DNA of 64,000 bases, taken from the NCBI GenBank assembly GCA_002633005.1, contig NMRA01000334.1, positions 62,001 through 126,000 of the forward strand, written 5' to 3'. The notes below the pieces were generated by a model that saw only the letters and a list, made by a program, of their open reading frames with translations, was not told the origin of the DNA and made no database searches. The translations under genes were made by a program, and so were the position numbers. Each line of letters begins with the position of its first letter. Position 1 is the stretch's first letter. Below, one piece after another: positions 1-12,632 of this stretch. The stretch comes from Phoronis australis (lineage: Eukaryota > Animalia > Phoronida).

Positions 1-1595
1 ACAAATCAAACCGTTTCAACATGTGCATTTTACACTATCAGATACTGGCTAGTCACTATAGACTACTAGTGAAACAAAAGTCTACAAATATTGACTGACA
101 TGTACTATCATTTCCAACTTCTACAGCTCTCAATGAAATGGAAAATTATTGACATATACCACTACACTAACGATTTTTTCTTCAATTGGCAATACAAAAA
201 TCCCTTTCCAATTCGCCGTGACTCTCAAGGCTACACATGATACCCTATTTTAAGTGATGTGAAGAGCTTTTCTCCCTTTTTAATGCTCAGAGTTAGCATT
301 CATAATTAACCAAAAATTGTACACAAAGTAATGAGTGGAATTTATCGATTCCTTGGCTTCTACCACAAGATTCGCCAAAACAAACCCTCAAGTAAAATAT
401 TAACGCAAGGCCTTATAGGCATTTTTGGGAATGCTGAAATATGCAATTATCTTGAATGCACGGCGCTAGTCTGATTTGGTGCCCAGGGAACTGAAATTTG
501 GAAATCAATGAATCAGAATGAGGGTGTAAAGCCAAGCATGGTCATTTAAAAATAAAGGACCATTTCAAATATTCTTCAGTAAAAAATGGGTATTTTGAAG
601 CCCGGATGTGGCAAGGCGCCACTGAAACTGACTGTTTGACACCCAAAGGTAAGTAGTACAAAGGGTATGTTTTGAGAGCTAATAAAATTCTTGAAACACA
701 GGCGTTCACACACTGGCACTGGTATAAACTGGTGGTGGTGGGTGCTTAAAAAGCCGAGCATGGGGGTTTAAAAGAGAATTTTCAGAGGTGAGTGCTAAGA
801 AAATCTCGCACGAACGAGTACAGGTAGACCAATCATCATATGTTCACTGCCAATCATCCATCACCAAATGTTTGGGGGGATTGCTGGGGGTGGGGGGGGG
901 GTTACGTGTCGGAATCATGGACACCCTGGAATATTGGGAACCCCATTTTGGACACCCAAATTTCGAAATCCTGGATAAAGGCCTGAAGACCACCCATGAA
1001 AATGCTGAATAAACAATTATAATAAAACAATACACCGCATGTTGTAAAATCCAGTTCAAATTAAATGATTGTTCATGTTACACAACCCGAATATAAGACC
1101 ATGGCCTTAAATAACAGGTTTTATGGTAATAGGCAATAGGGCCATCCCGAATTACACGGCGTTTATTAAACTTTTTCACTTGGAGTTGCAGCCCTCAGCT
1201 TAGCAGCAATACTTCATTGGCATTGAAAGGTGGAATAGAGTAATGCAACTGAGAAGAACTTGTAAAGAATCAGACAACAATAAATGACGTGAAATTCCAG
1301 CGGCACAAAAACGAGGCAGTAAATGCGCCTGACGAATGTTAACGGCATTGTGGGTAAGTACTCCGAGATTCGAGTGTCGCAGTACAATCTGGGATGGCCA
1401 AATTGTTCACCAATTATGACACATGCCTTGAACCAGAGAACCAAGCAATTGCGTTCCACAGATGCGAAAATCTTGCGACGAAAGCTAGTTTGAGCATCTG
1501 CTAAAATGCTTGTCTGGCATTTTGTCTGACAACAGAAGCCCAAACATGAACGGGTTTCTAATGAAAGTAAATGACAAAACTGCCAAGGGTTCTGC

Positions 1596-1759
1596 ATTGT
1601 AACACACACTCCAAATGCTGGCATCTTAAAGCGACATTGAACCTGTGATTTCACTCAAAAAACTTAACCCTATATATTGTAACACACACTCCAAATGCTG
1701 GCATCTTAAAGCGACATTGAACCTGGGATTTCTCTCAAAAAACTTACCCCTATATATTG
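1596..1759. repeat. Tandem duplication, two copies of an 80-bp unit
   Basis: attgtaacacacactccaaatgctggcatcttaaagcgacattgaacctg...ccctatatattg recurs at an 80-bp offset with about 3 substitutions. Confidence 0.9.
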
Positions 1760-2390
1760 GTCTCATCTCATTCTTTACTCAGTTTAGAAATGATCAGTGG
1801 GCTCCCGAAGGAGATTCTGATACTGATTTTTTCGGACCAAGAAAAAAAATTTTCAGGACAAACTGACACTGAACCAAACTTTTAACAAATCGTTCATTAT
1901 TGTTGAAAACTCTACCAAAACATCCAATCATGGCAATCAAAATGATGCAAATTTTTTTCTGTAATCTTGAAAATCTCTTAATGAGTGAACACAAAAATTA
2001 TAACAAAATTATTAGCCGTAATTAACAAAAAAGACAAGGGGCTTAAATAACATACTTCTGAGTCAGCTATGGTAGGAAAATCTTTAGATGGCCGTGCATC
2101 ATACTGTTTAAAAGTTATCAAAATTCCTGTGAACTAATGGCACATCGGCCACAGATAATTCTTTATCACATCTTTAAAAGATTTCCTCGTGGTAAAGAGC
2201 ATATAATCTACGAGTAAAAAAAACTTTGACAGATGGATGATACAAAGAGTTCACTGTCCTGTCATGTTTCATAGGTTAAGGTGAGGAGGAAATGAGTCTT
2301 AATGAGTCTGTCAGCACACTAGACTGTCATAAACATTTCGTCAGTCATTATGCACTCGCACGCCATTTATCACGCCTGAAAAAATTAGCA

Positions 2391-2465
2391 TACCGTATTC
2401 GTCCTAATAAGTGCCCAAGGGCGCTTAGAAAAATTCGCTTCAGAAAGAGGGGTGCTTATTATAGA
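2391..2465 (+). mobile_element. Probable left terminus of a Tc1/mariner-pogo-type DNA transposon fragment
   Basis: TA followed by CCGTATTCGTCCTAATAAGTGCCC, with an internal inverted copy GGGTGCTTATT. TA-CCGTA ends are typical of pogo/Tigger-like elements. No matching right end was found. Confidence 0.4.
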
Positions 2466-3439
2466 CCAAAAGTGGTTGAAACCTGGCCTCTGAAACAGGT
2501 GAAATCGTAACCTAGAATTCATCAAATTTACGCTCTGTGACACATCTGTAACCTATGACAGAGTTTCTACAAAATTTCAGTGTATTGCTATCAAACTTTG
2601 TTGTTTAATTACGACCATTTTTCAGAAAATCCCAGTACGAAAACTCGCCGACTAATGCCTTGCTGCCTCGCGATCGCCGATAGGTCAACTTGAATAATTG
2701 AGTAAAAATATAGCTTCGATTCAACAAATTACCTGAAGTCCTCTTAAGTTTTCAAAATATCGTCCACAAGATTTTAAGTTCCTGTGGAGTCAGGATTAAC
2801 TGCATATTAAGTCCAAATCTGAGCTAGATCGTACTCTGCAACACGAGAAAAATTTATGAACGAACACACGTCACGTGATGTTTGTTTTGAAGTTCGTCTG
2901 CCTATTGTGTGAGAAAGCGAGCGCGTGAATGTAATAAGAGTTCATTTGCCAGAGTAAACGCGATGTAACGATCTGAGGGTGTGCATTGTAACTAAGGAAA
3001 TCAACACAAGGAGTAAAGCAGAACGTGTCTTACTTAGCACTAGTTGATCTCATCTGCTAACAAACGTTCGAGATTGTGTCTCGGTAAGGCCGATGTCATT
3101 GAGGCGCTGGGTGACTGGATGCGTGACAGTCTAACAGTTATTTTTCTGGAGATTCAGAGCTGTAAGGGTGCGGAAGTGCTCACTATCAGTGAGTCATTTT
3201 GACTTCAAAACACCAATTACGACTAATTTAATAATTTCCCCTTCAAAATAATGCAAATGTCTTTACGGTATTAGAGACTTTCGGAAATAAGTGGCAGCAT
3301 TTATTTCTTGCTGAGGCTATGCTCCCCGTTTTATGAATAGATAGTTCCCAAAGACTAATCTTCGATGATAGATTCTTGAATGTAGTGCGCGCTTCCTAGC
3401 TATGTGCTTTTAACTGAACAAAGGTCAAGTTTTTATTAG

Positions 3440-3593
3440 TCTTCGATTCGCGGTTTCCACATGTACAAAGAGATTTGGATTCCTGTTGAGGGAGAAGACC
3501 TGTAGGGAAAAGATACAATAGGCCTACAATCCCTTTGACAAGTACGCTGCATCTGTTTTGAAAGGCCAGACCATTATAGGACATGTCCTATGA
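3440..3593 (+). pseudogene. Decayed HIRAN-domain coding fragment (probably transposon cargo)
   Basis: Manual translation gives SSIRGFHMYKEIWIPVEGEDL* then, after a frameshift, YNPFDKYAASVLKGQTIIGHVL*. This fits the HIRAN-type pattern RG(F/Y)HxYxxxW...GExL...NxxDxxAVxV...VGHVP. Confidence 0.7.
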
Positions 3594-6500
3594 ACATGGC
3601 TTAAAAATAATGACACATTATCAAAAACTGACAGTCACGTGACCTTTTCATTGAAGACCGCTACAAGTGTTCAGATAAGAGTTGCTCAACGAATCAAGAA
3701 GTTACATAAATGTTTTCCCAGTGATGGACTAAAGCCTACGCAAATCAGCAAATAACTTTAATGGATAATCCAGTCAAGACTTTATGTAACATCAGCCTAT
3801 TAAGCAGCTAATTTCCTCCAGGGAAATGTCAAGCCAGTTTGTGAACAACATACAATGGGAAGCCAATTAGCCTATGGAAAAATCTCGCAAATTTCATACA
3901 AAACAATGGCCAAATTAAGCTTCTTTCATAGGCTTCACAAAAAGGCTTCTTTCTAATATTGTTGTGAATGCCCACAAATTTTCCACATATTTTCCGTTGG
4001 TAGCATACAGAACTTGAATTCAACAAAGTATCGTCCTGGTAATGTGTATTTACATAGCAATGAGAGAATGAATTTCACCTGGCCGCCACATTGTGCCCTA
4101 AACTGGCGAGATTTTACAGTACAATGTAGTGAGATGATAACATTCCCACACACTATACTATAACTTATCTGCATCAGAAACTACTGTAGAATCCGTGTAG
4201 AGTTGAACACCTGCACAAGCTGCAGGCGTCACAGTTCCTCCATAATTAAAGATTAAGGTGAAAATTCTTCACAAAACGGTGAACATGTAAAATTTAAATC
4301 AGCAAATTTCTCGACATAAATTACTTACCGCACCGTAAAATCTCACCAATTTAGGACACAATATGGCAGAAGTCAGTGAACTTTTATTTCACTTTTTCTT
4401 TTACAAAATGTAAAAATAGCACCAAATAAATTTTGTAACATTTTTAATGTTCTAAACCATAGCTACCACCAAACATTTTAAGAAATTTTGGACACTCTCA
4501 CAAATGATGTCTGACACTTGACAACGAAAATTAAAGACAATTTTAGCCATTATGTTTGTTCAAAATTGCTAAAATTTTACCATACTTGAGGAAAATAATG
4601 TTACTTTGTTGTTACCACGATAAAAGCGATACAGCTAGCTCTAAGAAATATTTGATAAATTTTGGGCACACGCAGTGTTCAACGGAGCAAGTCTTGAGCG
4701 AGTATTCTTGTCACAAACTGAAAAATTTCTACCATACATATCTGAATGCATTACCCGGCAACTAATGACAGCGGATTGGTACAATATTTGTAGTATCAAA
4801 AACATTGACATTTGGTTATTCATTGACTAGATGATAAGGTTATACACAACCTTAAAGACCTTCTTGCAAACTGCCCATGTGGTTCCAGTATCCGAAAATA
4901 CTTACTACATAAATTCTTATTTTCGACACCCTTTCTTTTATATTCTTTTCGCCTTTCTTGCCAAAAGCCATTTTTAACAGTATTTGACCCTTCTCTCTGA
5001 GCGTATGATTACCGGTTGTCATCGGTTATTTCCGTACCCACATTTCCGGCTCATCAGTTCAGGAACTTGTCCTGACCGCCACCATTTTTTCCTTGTAACT
5101 GAATGTTCTATGGCTTGCTCGAAAAGTCTTCATTACTTTGTTTTATTAGTAATATATCGTGATTCGTTTGCATATGTAGTGTATTTATAGTTTGTAGTTA
5201 GTAATCGTTGATTTTTTTTGGAATGTTACGCGTACTTAGTATGTTAAAATAGCATTGGTGTTTAGTTCCTTACGTAGGCGGGTCGAACCTAGGAACCAAT
5301 ATGGGTCGAACCAATTTTTTTTCGGTTTTATTTTTTTCCTCGTTTTGAAAAAGTACTTTGCTATCATCGGAAAGGTAGTACATTCTACTCAGTAAAAATC
5401 GAAAAAGTATCAAAATCGGGGCAAGCACTGTAAAGTTATTGCAATTTTTGTGGCGAAATTTGGGTGACTTTGTTTGGATCGCGTCAGCCATATTGGAAGA
5501 CAGCGGGATGAGTTACGAGAATAAAACTTTGTGTAATTTGTTTTCGCCAACAAATTACGGTGAAATTTAGTTAGACATATCTTTACTTACTATTCTGCAA
5601 GATTTAGCAGTGTTCACCAAATTTCAGCCTCGCAGTTGTTACTCATTAAGTGATAAATGTGCTCACAATTCCCGTTGGACTTCGTCTCATTTCTGGCGGC
5701 ACCTACAATGTCGACTTTGCCGAACTGAAAGGCACGTTCAATCGGCCACTTTGTAATTTGTGAAGATTTAACGTTGATACATTTTGACAAACGTTGCTAC
5801 AAAAAAGAAACTTTGTTCAATTTTCGTGTTTTTGTGTTTGTGGCCAGCGACCAGTTAGGCCTAATGGTAGTCAAGGCGCAAAGCTGTATAGGCCTACTAA
5901 CAAGCTGTATTTTGACTATAGTCTTCACTGGTACCTGGTGACTGAGGCTAACTAAGGTCTGCCGCGGCAGTATGACACAGGACTAACCAGCCCGTAATTT
6001 CATGCAAGTGTCTGAAACTACCCTTGAATATATGCAGCGTTTATCATTTGACCATTTTACTTCGACAAAACAGCTTGCAACCGCATGCATTTACCCTTCG
6101 CCAGTGTCTGGTCTCGATCCGCACCGGGTCCGATAGGCTGCGGTCCCGAGTCTGGCAAAATAATTTCTGTCAAAATTTATTCGCCACATTTCTTCAGCAA
6201 ATTCAATAAAATTGTCCGTAGTTTGATTTTATCAAAATTAAGTCGCGCTGTCGATTTTTTTATCCCCAATTGCTGGCTGGTAACAGTACAGGCACTGCTC
6301 CAGTCGCACTGACGGCGTTTTCTTGGCCTGGGTTCCTGAATGAATTGTACTTCCGGGTTCGCGGCAAGTTCAAAATGGCGGTGTTTCTTCGGGTGCGAAT
6401 TGTGAGTGGCGCGTTCATTTAAACTGTTTTTGAGTACGGATCGTGTATTAGTTATGGGGTAGGTACTTCTTGGATCCTTATAACATCTTCTAACCATGTA

Positions 6501-6789
6501 ATAAGGGTTAACAACGCGTGAGAGAAGGACTTTAAGCTGAGCAAATCGTACATGGCTCACACACACGACACCTGGGACCTGTAAAAGTGGCCAACAAACT
6601 CTTCGCTGCCGTTTGTGAATAGATGAGAGTCCATGAGCCGTGATTCAATGTGTGTGACCTGCCATGTTTTGTGGGAGTAAACCGAGCATGTACAGGCCTG
6701 TAAGCCTACTGTTCACATTATTGAGGAGCTTATGTTTATAAGTGTGTGAGATGTGTTGGTCGAGTATAAGTCTGTTTTCACAGGTACAC

Positions 6790-7000
6790 CTGATGCGCGA
6801 ACCCAGGGGGGCTCGAGGGGCAAAGTGGGCAAAAAGGTCTGCCTCAGAAAAACGAAAAGTCTGAGAAAACCAGACAAAAGTCCACTAAAAAGGCGCAGAC
6901 GCAGAGGTCATAGTTCTGAAGGTGCCACTTTTTTGTCAGCAAAAGGTCCACATCGTCAGAAATTCGAGCCCCCCCATATTAAAGGCTGGGTGCGCGCATG
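6790..7000. mobile_element. MITE (~210 bp) with imperfect TIRs and a TACAC target-site duplication
   Basis: Left end c(tg)ATGCGCGAACCCAGGGGGGCTCGA, right end TCGAGCCCCCC...CTGGGTGCGCGCATG. TACAC occurs at 6785-6789 and 7001-7005. Confidence 0.6.
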
Positions 7001-10000
7001 TACACTAAACAAAAGCTGTAAATTGTTCCTTATATAACCCCGCCAATAACACACAAAAATAACATACGCATGAACGTGACATTGGGTAGCTGAGAAAAGA
7101 CACTGAGTACATCATGAACACATGGCCATCAGCCTTGGATATACATGTATTTAATCACCTTGTGTCAAAATCACTTCAAACTAGACATATGACACGTGAC
7201 AAAAATAATCAGACAAAATGATCTGTTCATCCCAGTCTTGTGAAGGTTGAGCGCTAGCAAATTTCCCTTTATGACGAAATGAGAGCAAGTGGGATTGGCC
7301 ATCTGTTACGACTGGGGAATGACAGGAAACTAGCTGGAAAGTTTATAAAGTGGAAGGGAATCATTACAGAGAATGGGTGTTTTATGACAACTCACAATTT
7401 GTCACATCTCAAAAATAAATTGACATTCAGGCCCTGACGTAACGAACAAAGATGAAGGAGACATGTATGCCTATTTAGGACACAACTACAGGGTTGTGAG
7501 AGTTGCGTTTCTATCAGAATTGCATCAAAGAGGCAGCATACATGAATCATAAAATTTGCACAATCGCATTAAAATGTTCACCTATATTGTAATAGGCTAT
7601 TCATAATTACGATAATTTTACAACTCACAGTTGCCATTCTTAAGTGGTTCGACCAAACCTGGAGGACAGCATGCTTTTATGTACAATCAACATGCCGTTT
7701 ATTATACTGTAAATATACAGAAATTCTACATTTATTTTTAGTGCAAAAGAGTCACAGCCAAAATGGAACTTTTTCTATTGTTCAAAAACTGATTACCTGC
7801 TTACAAACACTGACTTTCAGCAAATGTCGTTTTATGACACCTACACACTACAATCCACCCTTGTAATAGACCAATGTTCTTAATCTTTACCTTTGTCAAG
7901 AGATTTAACACGAAAATTTTCACTTATTGGTTGTACTGTGTGCTAAATAAGTGAGGAATTATCATGCACTGGATTAAGGACAACCTTCATGGCATTGGGC
8001 CATTGCAGCAGAATGTTGTGAGAAGATATTACGCAGCCTGAGTATGACAAGCATGTCATTTTTAGCGGAATAAGTCAGAAAAAATCTGCAAGGGGAATTA
8101 ACTGCAATGACAGGGCAACAGTATTTTGTCCTTTTTGGCATGTAACGTAAATCATGTATGCAGACAAATCTACCAGCAGATTCTATCAATGGTTCATTAA
8201 CATAACTGTGTCTGAAGATTGATGAAATCTGGGTTTAATAAAGGTCTGAATGTATTCCAAGCAAAAACAAAGATGTCAACTGGCAATGTAGCATTAAACA
8301 TGAATCTAAGCCCTTGATCACTGATGTATTAAATTAAGCAAATCAGCTGGACGCTATACGACTACTTTGCATCAAGCTTGTTGAAAGGAAAAGGCCAAAC
8401 ACTCAATGAATTGAAAAGTCACATTTAGCAACTGCTTACTTTATATAAGCACTGTTGACTTGACGAGGTTCTTAAAGGTACTCTTTCCGTTATTTTCAGT
8501 AGTTTAGAACACAGAAGCAGTTTCATCAATTAAAATAAGAGCATTTCATGATTGTAAAAAAAAACATCTGAAAATTTTGAAGTCTGTAGTCATTCAACTG
8601 TAGCAGTTAACAGCAGTGGAGAGAGTATCTTTAACATTTCTGAAGATCACAAAAACTAGACTAAAAAGTTTGTCAACAGAGAAAGCACGCAGACATGTTC
8701 GCTTGTCATTGCAGCAATAATTTTGTGAATCAAAAATTAAAGTCAAGTACACATGTATAGTACACGTACATGCACACACACATGCCGAGTACTCATCAGA
8801 TACAGTATTGTCTAGCAAAGCGAGACAAACAGCTTGACTAAAGAGATCATTTGTGTTTGAACTTTGCATGACAATGTCAGAATCACCATGAGCCACTTAA
8901 TTTCCTATTACCATAGTTGATTTACCTCTCAAGTGTATTTTTTGTTCAATAATGGCTGTGCTGAAACAGAATTGTTATCCTGACAATTCTGGTGATGCAT
9001 CTTGAAGTCCGGGGCAGAGGTGGTTATAACTGTGCTCATTTTCGGCATTGCTCATTGCTCATTGTCTTATTAATGCTGTGGTTAGATGGCGAGCAAAGCT
9101 GCTAATAGAATAGACTTAGGTTCTCAGCCCACATAATATGCTACTTGCAACAACTGTGAAGTTTAAGCTGCACTATTTATTCTGGCCATTAGGGTAATTC
9201 TCTGAGTCTTTTAACAAAATGAATTGTTATTCAAGAGAGGGATAAGAATGTATCAAGATTGTTTTGCAACTGTACAGTACACATGACTGAAAGTTGACTT
9301 CCAGTTGGCATTAAGCTTGCTAGATGTTTAAAGGTTGCTATGAGACATGAAGTGTTGTAATTATCGTTCTCAAATGGACAATTTCATTAAGACGGAAGAC
9401 TGAGTTGCATGGCAATATTACATATGTCATTAGTTTCCCAGAAAGGATGAAATGGACAAAGCATCCATTACCTGGCGTCACCATGATGAGGTGGGAAACT
9501 CTTAATGATGTTTATGAGTAGAGGTGTGTGCAATAACAATATCAGTTTCGTGTAAGAATGCCACGTCATTGTGGCTGAGAAATTATCATGAGTAATTGTT
9601 AATTGTTCCCTACATGTGTTCGCAGGCAAACTGTGAAGAACGGTGCACTACAACAGAAAATAAATGTATTCTGCATTAACTTACTCCTGTAACCTACAAT
9701 TACTGAAGGACAGGTTAGCGTTCCTGATGCACTGAAACCAATTTCCATGGGCTGGACGAAGTATGTGGCAAAATCTCGAATGTTTTGGACAAAAACAACT
9801 GTTAAAAATCTCCTTTTTCATTTTTCAAGTGCACCCAACATTGTTGAGAATGCCTACAACAGATCTTGAACATGGAAAACCCGTAATTTGGAGTAACATA
9901 TTTCACGGAGAAAATGAGAAAGTAAAATTTTATTTCATGGCCATTTTTGTGTCTTGAATTAGTGAGATTTTACCATAGGCTGGTTTTGTGTTCAAAACTA

Positions 10001-10379
10001 GACAGAGCTACTGCTATACCTTTTAACATCGTCTTGTAAAAGCATCTACATTGATTCTTCTTGTATTTTGGACAAAAATAATTGCCAAAAATTGGTAATT
10101 TCCAATTTTTATTGTAACAAATAAGGGAAATTTGCCAAATGTTGCTTTATGACATCTATACAGTACAAATAAAGCTGATACTAAACTTTCATTTTGAAGA
10201 CGATATTTTACAAATTTTTTAAACAAAATTTCTGCCACTGGCCACATGGTGTGCTAAAAAGGTAAACAATTACAGTAAATATTATATAAAACAATGCTAT
10301 AGTGTATCCAATCAAGAATTTGATATGAGCAAACAAGTAGCTAAAATCAGTCATAAAGGCAATCATCTGTTTGCCAATG

Positions 10380-11068
10380 AGGTTTGTGGTGCAGCCGTTG
10401 CGATCATCTCTGGGCCTCTGGATGAGCACGGAAGACAGGGGGTTCAACAGCAGGCGTTGTCGTAGAACCAAGCTGGCGGGATGCATCAGGGGGAGGAACG
10501 ATGGTGGATGGCACAGCTGGGGCAACAAGTGGGCCACGTGAAGGTAGTACACCATTGTTGCACCATGGATCTGGATTGCAGGACGAGGGCAATGATGAAA
10601 TGGATACTAGAACAGCGGAAGACGGTGGGAACTCGTCGTCATCATCGTGGCCACAAGGGGCAGTGACAGGTGATGCAGCTGGAATGTCAGTAATCTCTGA
10701 CGGAACACGGTAACACTCGCTGCGTTTGACACGGTAAGAAGCATTACGTAACTGATCTCCAGAAAATTTCTGAACACTCAACCACACGCCATCGGAAGCA
10801 ACTACGAGGTATCATGGACGGGCTCTGGTCTTGTCCCAGAGTAGAGGTAAATGAGATCGCTGATGGATGCGTCGCATTCTACTGCCTGGTTGGCCAAAGG
10901 AGCCTTGGATAGTGCACTGGGTCCATGGTTGATGGAGCGCCGTTGTCGTTGGGAAGAGATCAACAAGTTGTCATGAACTGGTATTTGGCAATTGGTGAAC
11001 AGGTCGTACTGAAACCACATCTCTCTGGCAGACAATCCGGTGGAGCGAAGGCGGCTGTTCAATCGAGT
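10380..11068 (-). mobile_element. Displaced C-terminal integrase region of the Gypsy element (frameshifted)
   Basis: RLNSRLRSTGLSAREMWFQYDLFTNCQIP...DLIYLY...[28 protein letters not shown] is the expected continuation of the integrase broken at the N at 12632. The segment ends at the N at 11069. Confidence 0.75.
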
Positions 11069-12407
11069 NAGTGTATCCAATCAAGAATTTGATATGAGCA
11101 AACAAGTATTGGCAAATAACTTAAATGGTTAAAAGATTTCATAACTTTTTCGCGTATTTCACACACTTAAAAGTCGAGTGCTGCCAGCCGATGAAGTATA
11201 TCAGATCTGCTCTGCAAGTTGGGCAGCTTATATTAGATACATGAAGGCTGTGAACTCGTATCTATGATAAATTGAAGTGATCATATTAATCAGGGTATTG
11301 CCCAAGATGACTTCTATCCCACAATCCTGTGCGTACTCACCTTATCATAGCCTGTAAATTGTCAGCACTGACTACAAATAGAGCTGAAGAGCTATATATC
11401 AAGGGAATTTTCTAGTAGTTTTCCCCACAAAAGTGAGGGCAGCTGGTTAATACAGTACATTACTGAAAAACTATTTCACAGAGAACATAAAGTCTTAAAC
11501 ATCTATAACCTAACTTCAACTGTTTTTATAGTGTAGCAACACTGCACCCACGATCGACAGCGTACCACGATGACAACGGCTTCTGGATTTTTGGTGAATA
11601 AATGAGTATTTTACTGCATGGTTTCACTCTTTACATGGAATTCCATTCAAGTACCATCCGCAAAAATCTTACACTGCGTGCATGCCATCTTGTTTACTGC
11701 ACTGCACGTGTGCAAAATCGCGATTTTTTTTAACGCGGGTAAATAACAACTTGAAGCAGCAGAGCCGGAAGCAGATGTCATATCCCCCCAGAGCAAGGCA
11801 GTTGCTGGCTTGGGCAACGTAATCAAGAATTGTTTGAAAAAGTTTAATTGCAGAATTTTTCGAGTCGGGAAGAGTTAAAGACATAAACAACCTCCTGAGG
11901 TGTCTCTCTTTTGCAAAATGCACAGCAACACAACTACGATGGTTAAATCTGACTGTTTGAGGCATAATTCTCTGAAAAGATTCTGGTGTACGGAGGGCCT
12001 ATGGGATGACTACCGTATCTACTGGCCAGTTGAGATGCTGGTACTGTCCATAGTTAGTGTTTACGTGAAATTTGGTCAATCCATTCCACTGGCAGTAGTC
12101 ACTAGCCCTGATTCCAACCAGGCCTCAGCTTCCACGAGTCAATCACAAACCACTGCTATTCAAAAGTTGCTGGCTTTGCTTGCAGCTTTTGCAAGTGCCG
12201 GTTGTCAAAGAACGTTGACGAAACGTGGAATATGCGACTTTCACATACCTGGACTATGAAATATTCATTGCTAAAAGTCTGAATGCCAGGTCCATATTCA
12301 ACCCTGCGTAAACAGTGGACAGTGTCGAGCCAATTGAGATATATTATCATCCATGTGTGATCATTTTTGCAGGAGATATGAAGGGTTGAATATGGACACA
12401 GCAAATA

Positions 12408-12530
12408 CGCCAGATAAACTGAACAAAGAATTGTAAGTTTAACGAGTTTAATTCGCAGCCGACAACACAACGAGGCGGAACCAGAAGGGCTCTCTCCAAA
12501 CACAGTTGTACGAATAACAATGCAATGGCG
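12408..12530 (-). repeat. 3' LTR (shared 123-bp portion)
   Basis: Direct repeat of 16608-16730 with 8 mismatches in 123 bp by hand count. Confidence 0.85.
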
Positions 12531-12632
12531 TGATTGCCTCTTGTCACAGAACATGAGGTGAACTTACTCTAAGAACAGGTAGTAGAAAACAAAAATAGTA
12601 AACACAGTGCTAATACCGTAATCGTTCGGGTN

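Noticed and set aside
870-990. G-rich tract as a regulatory G-quadruplex
   Set aside because: It lies in what looks like a MITE end fragment (…ATCCTGGATAAAGGCCTG), with no gene nearby.
7100-9750. Possible decayed transposase or other coding sequence
   Set aside because: The composition looks partly coding-derived, but I could not recognise any motif. It needs a translated search.
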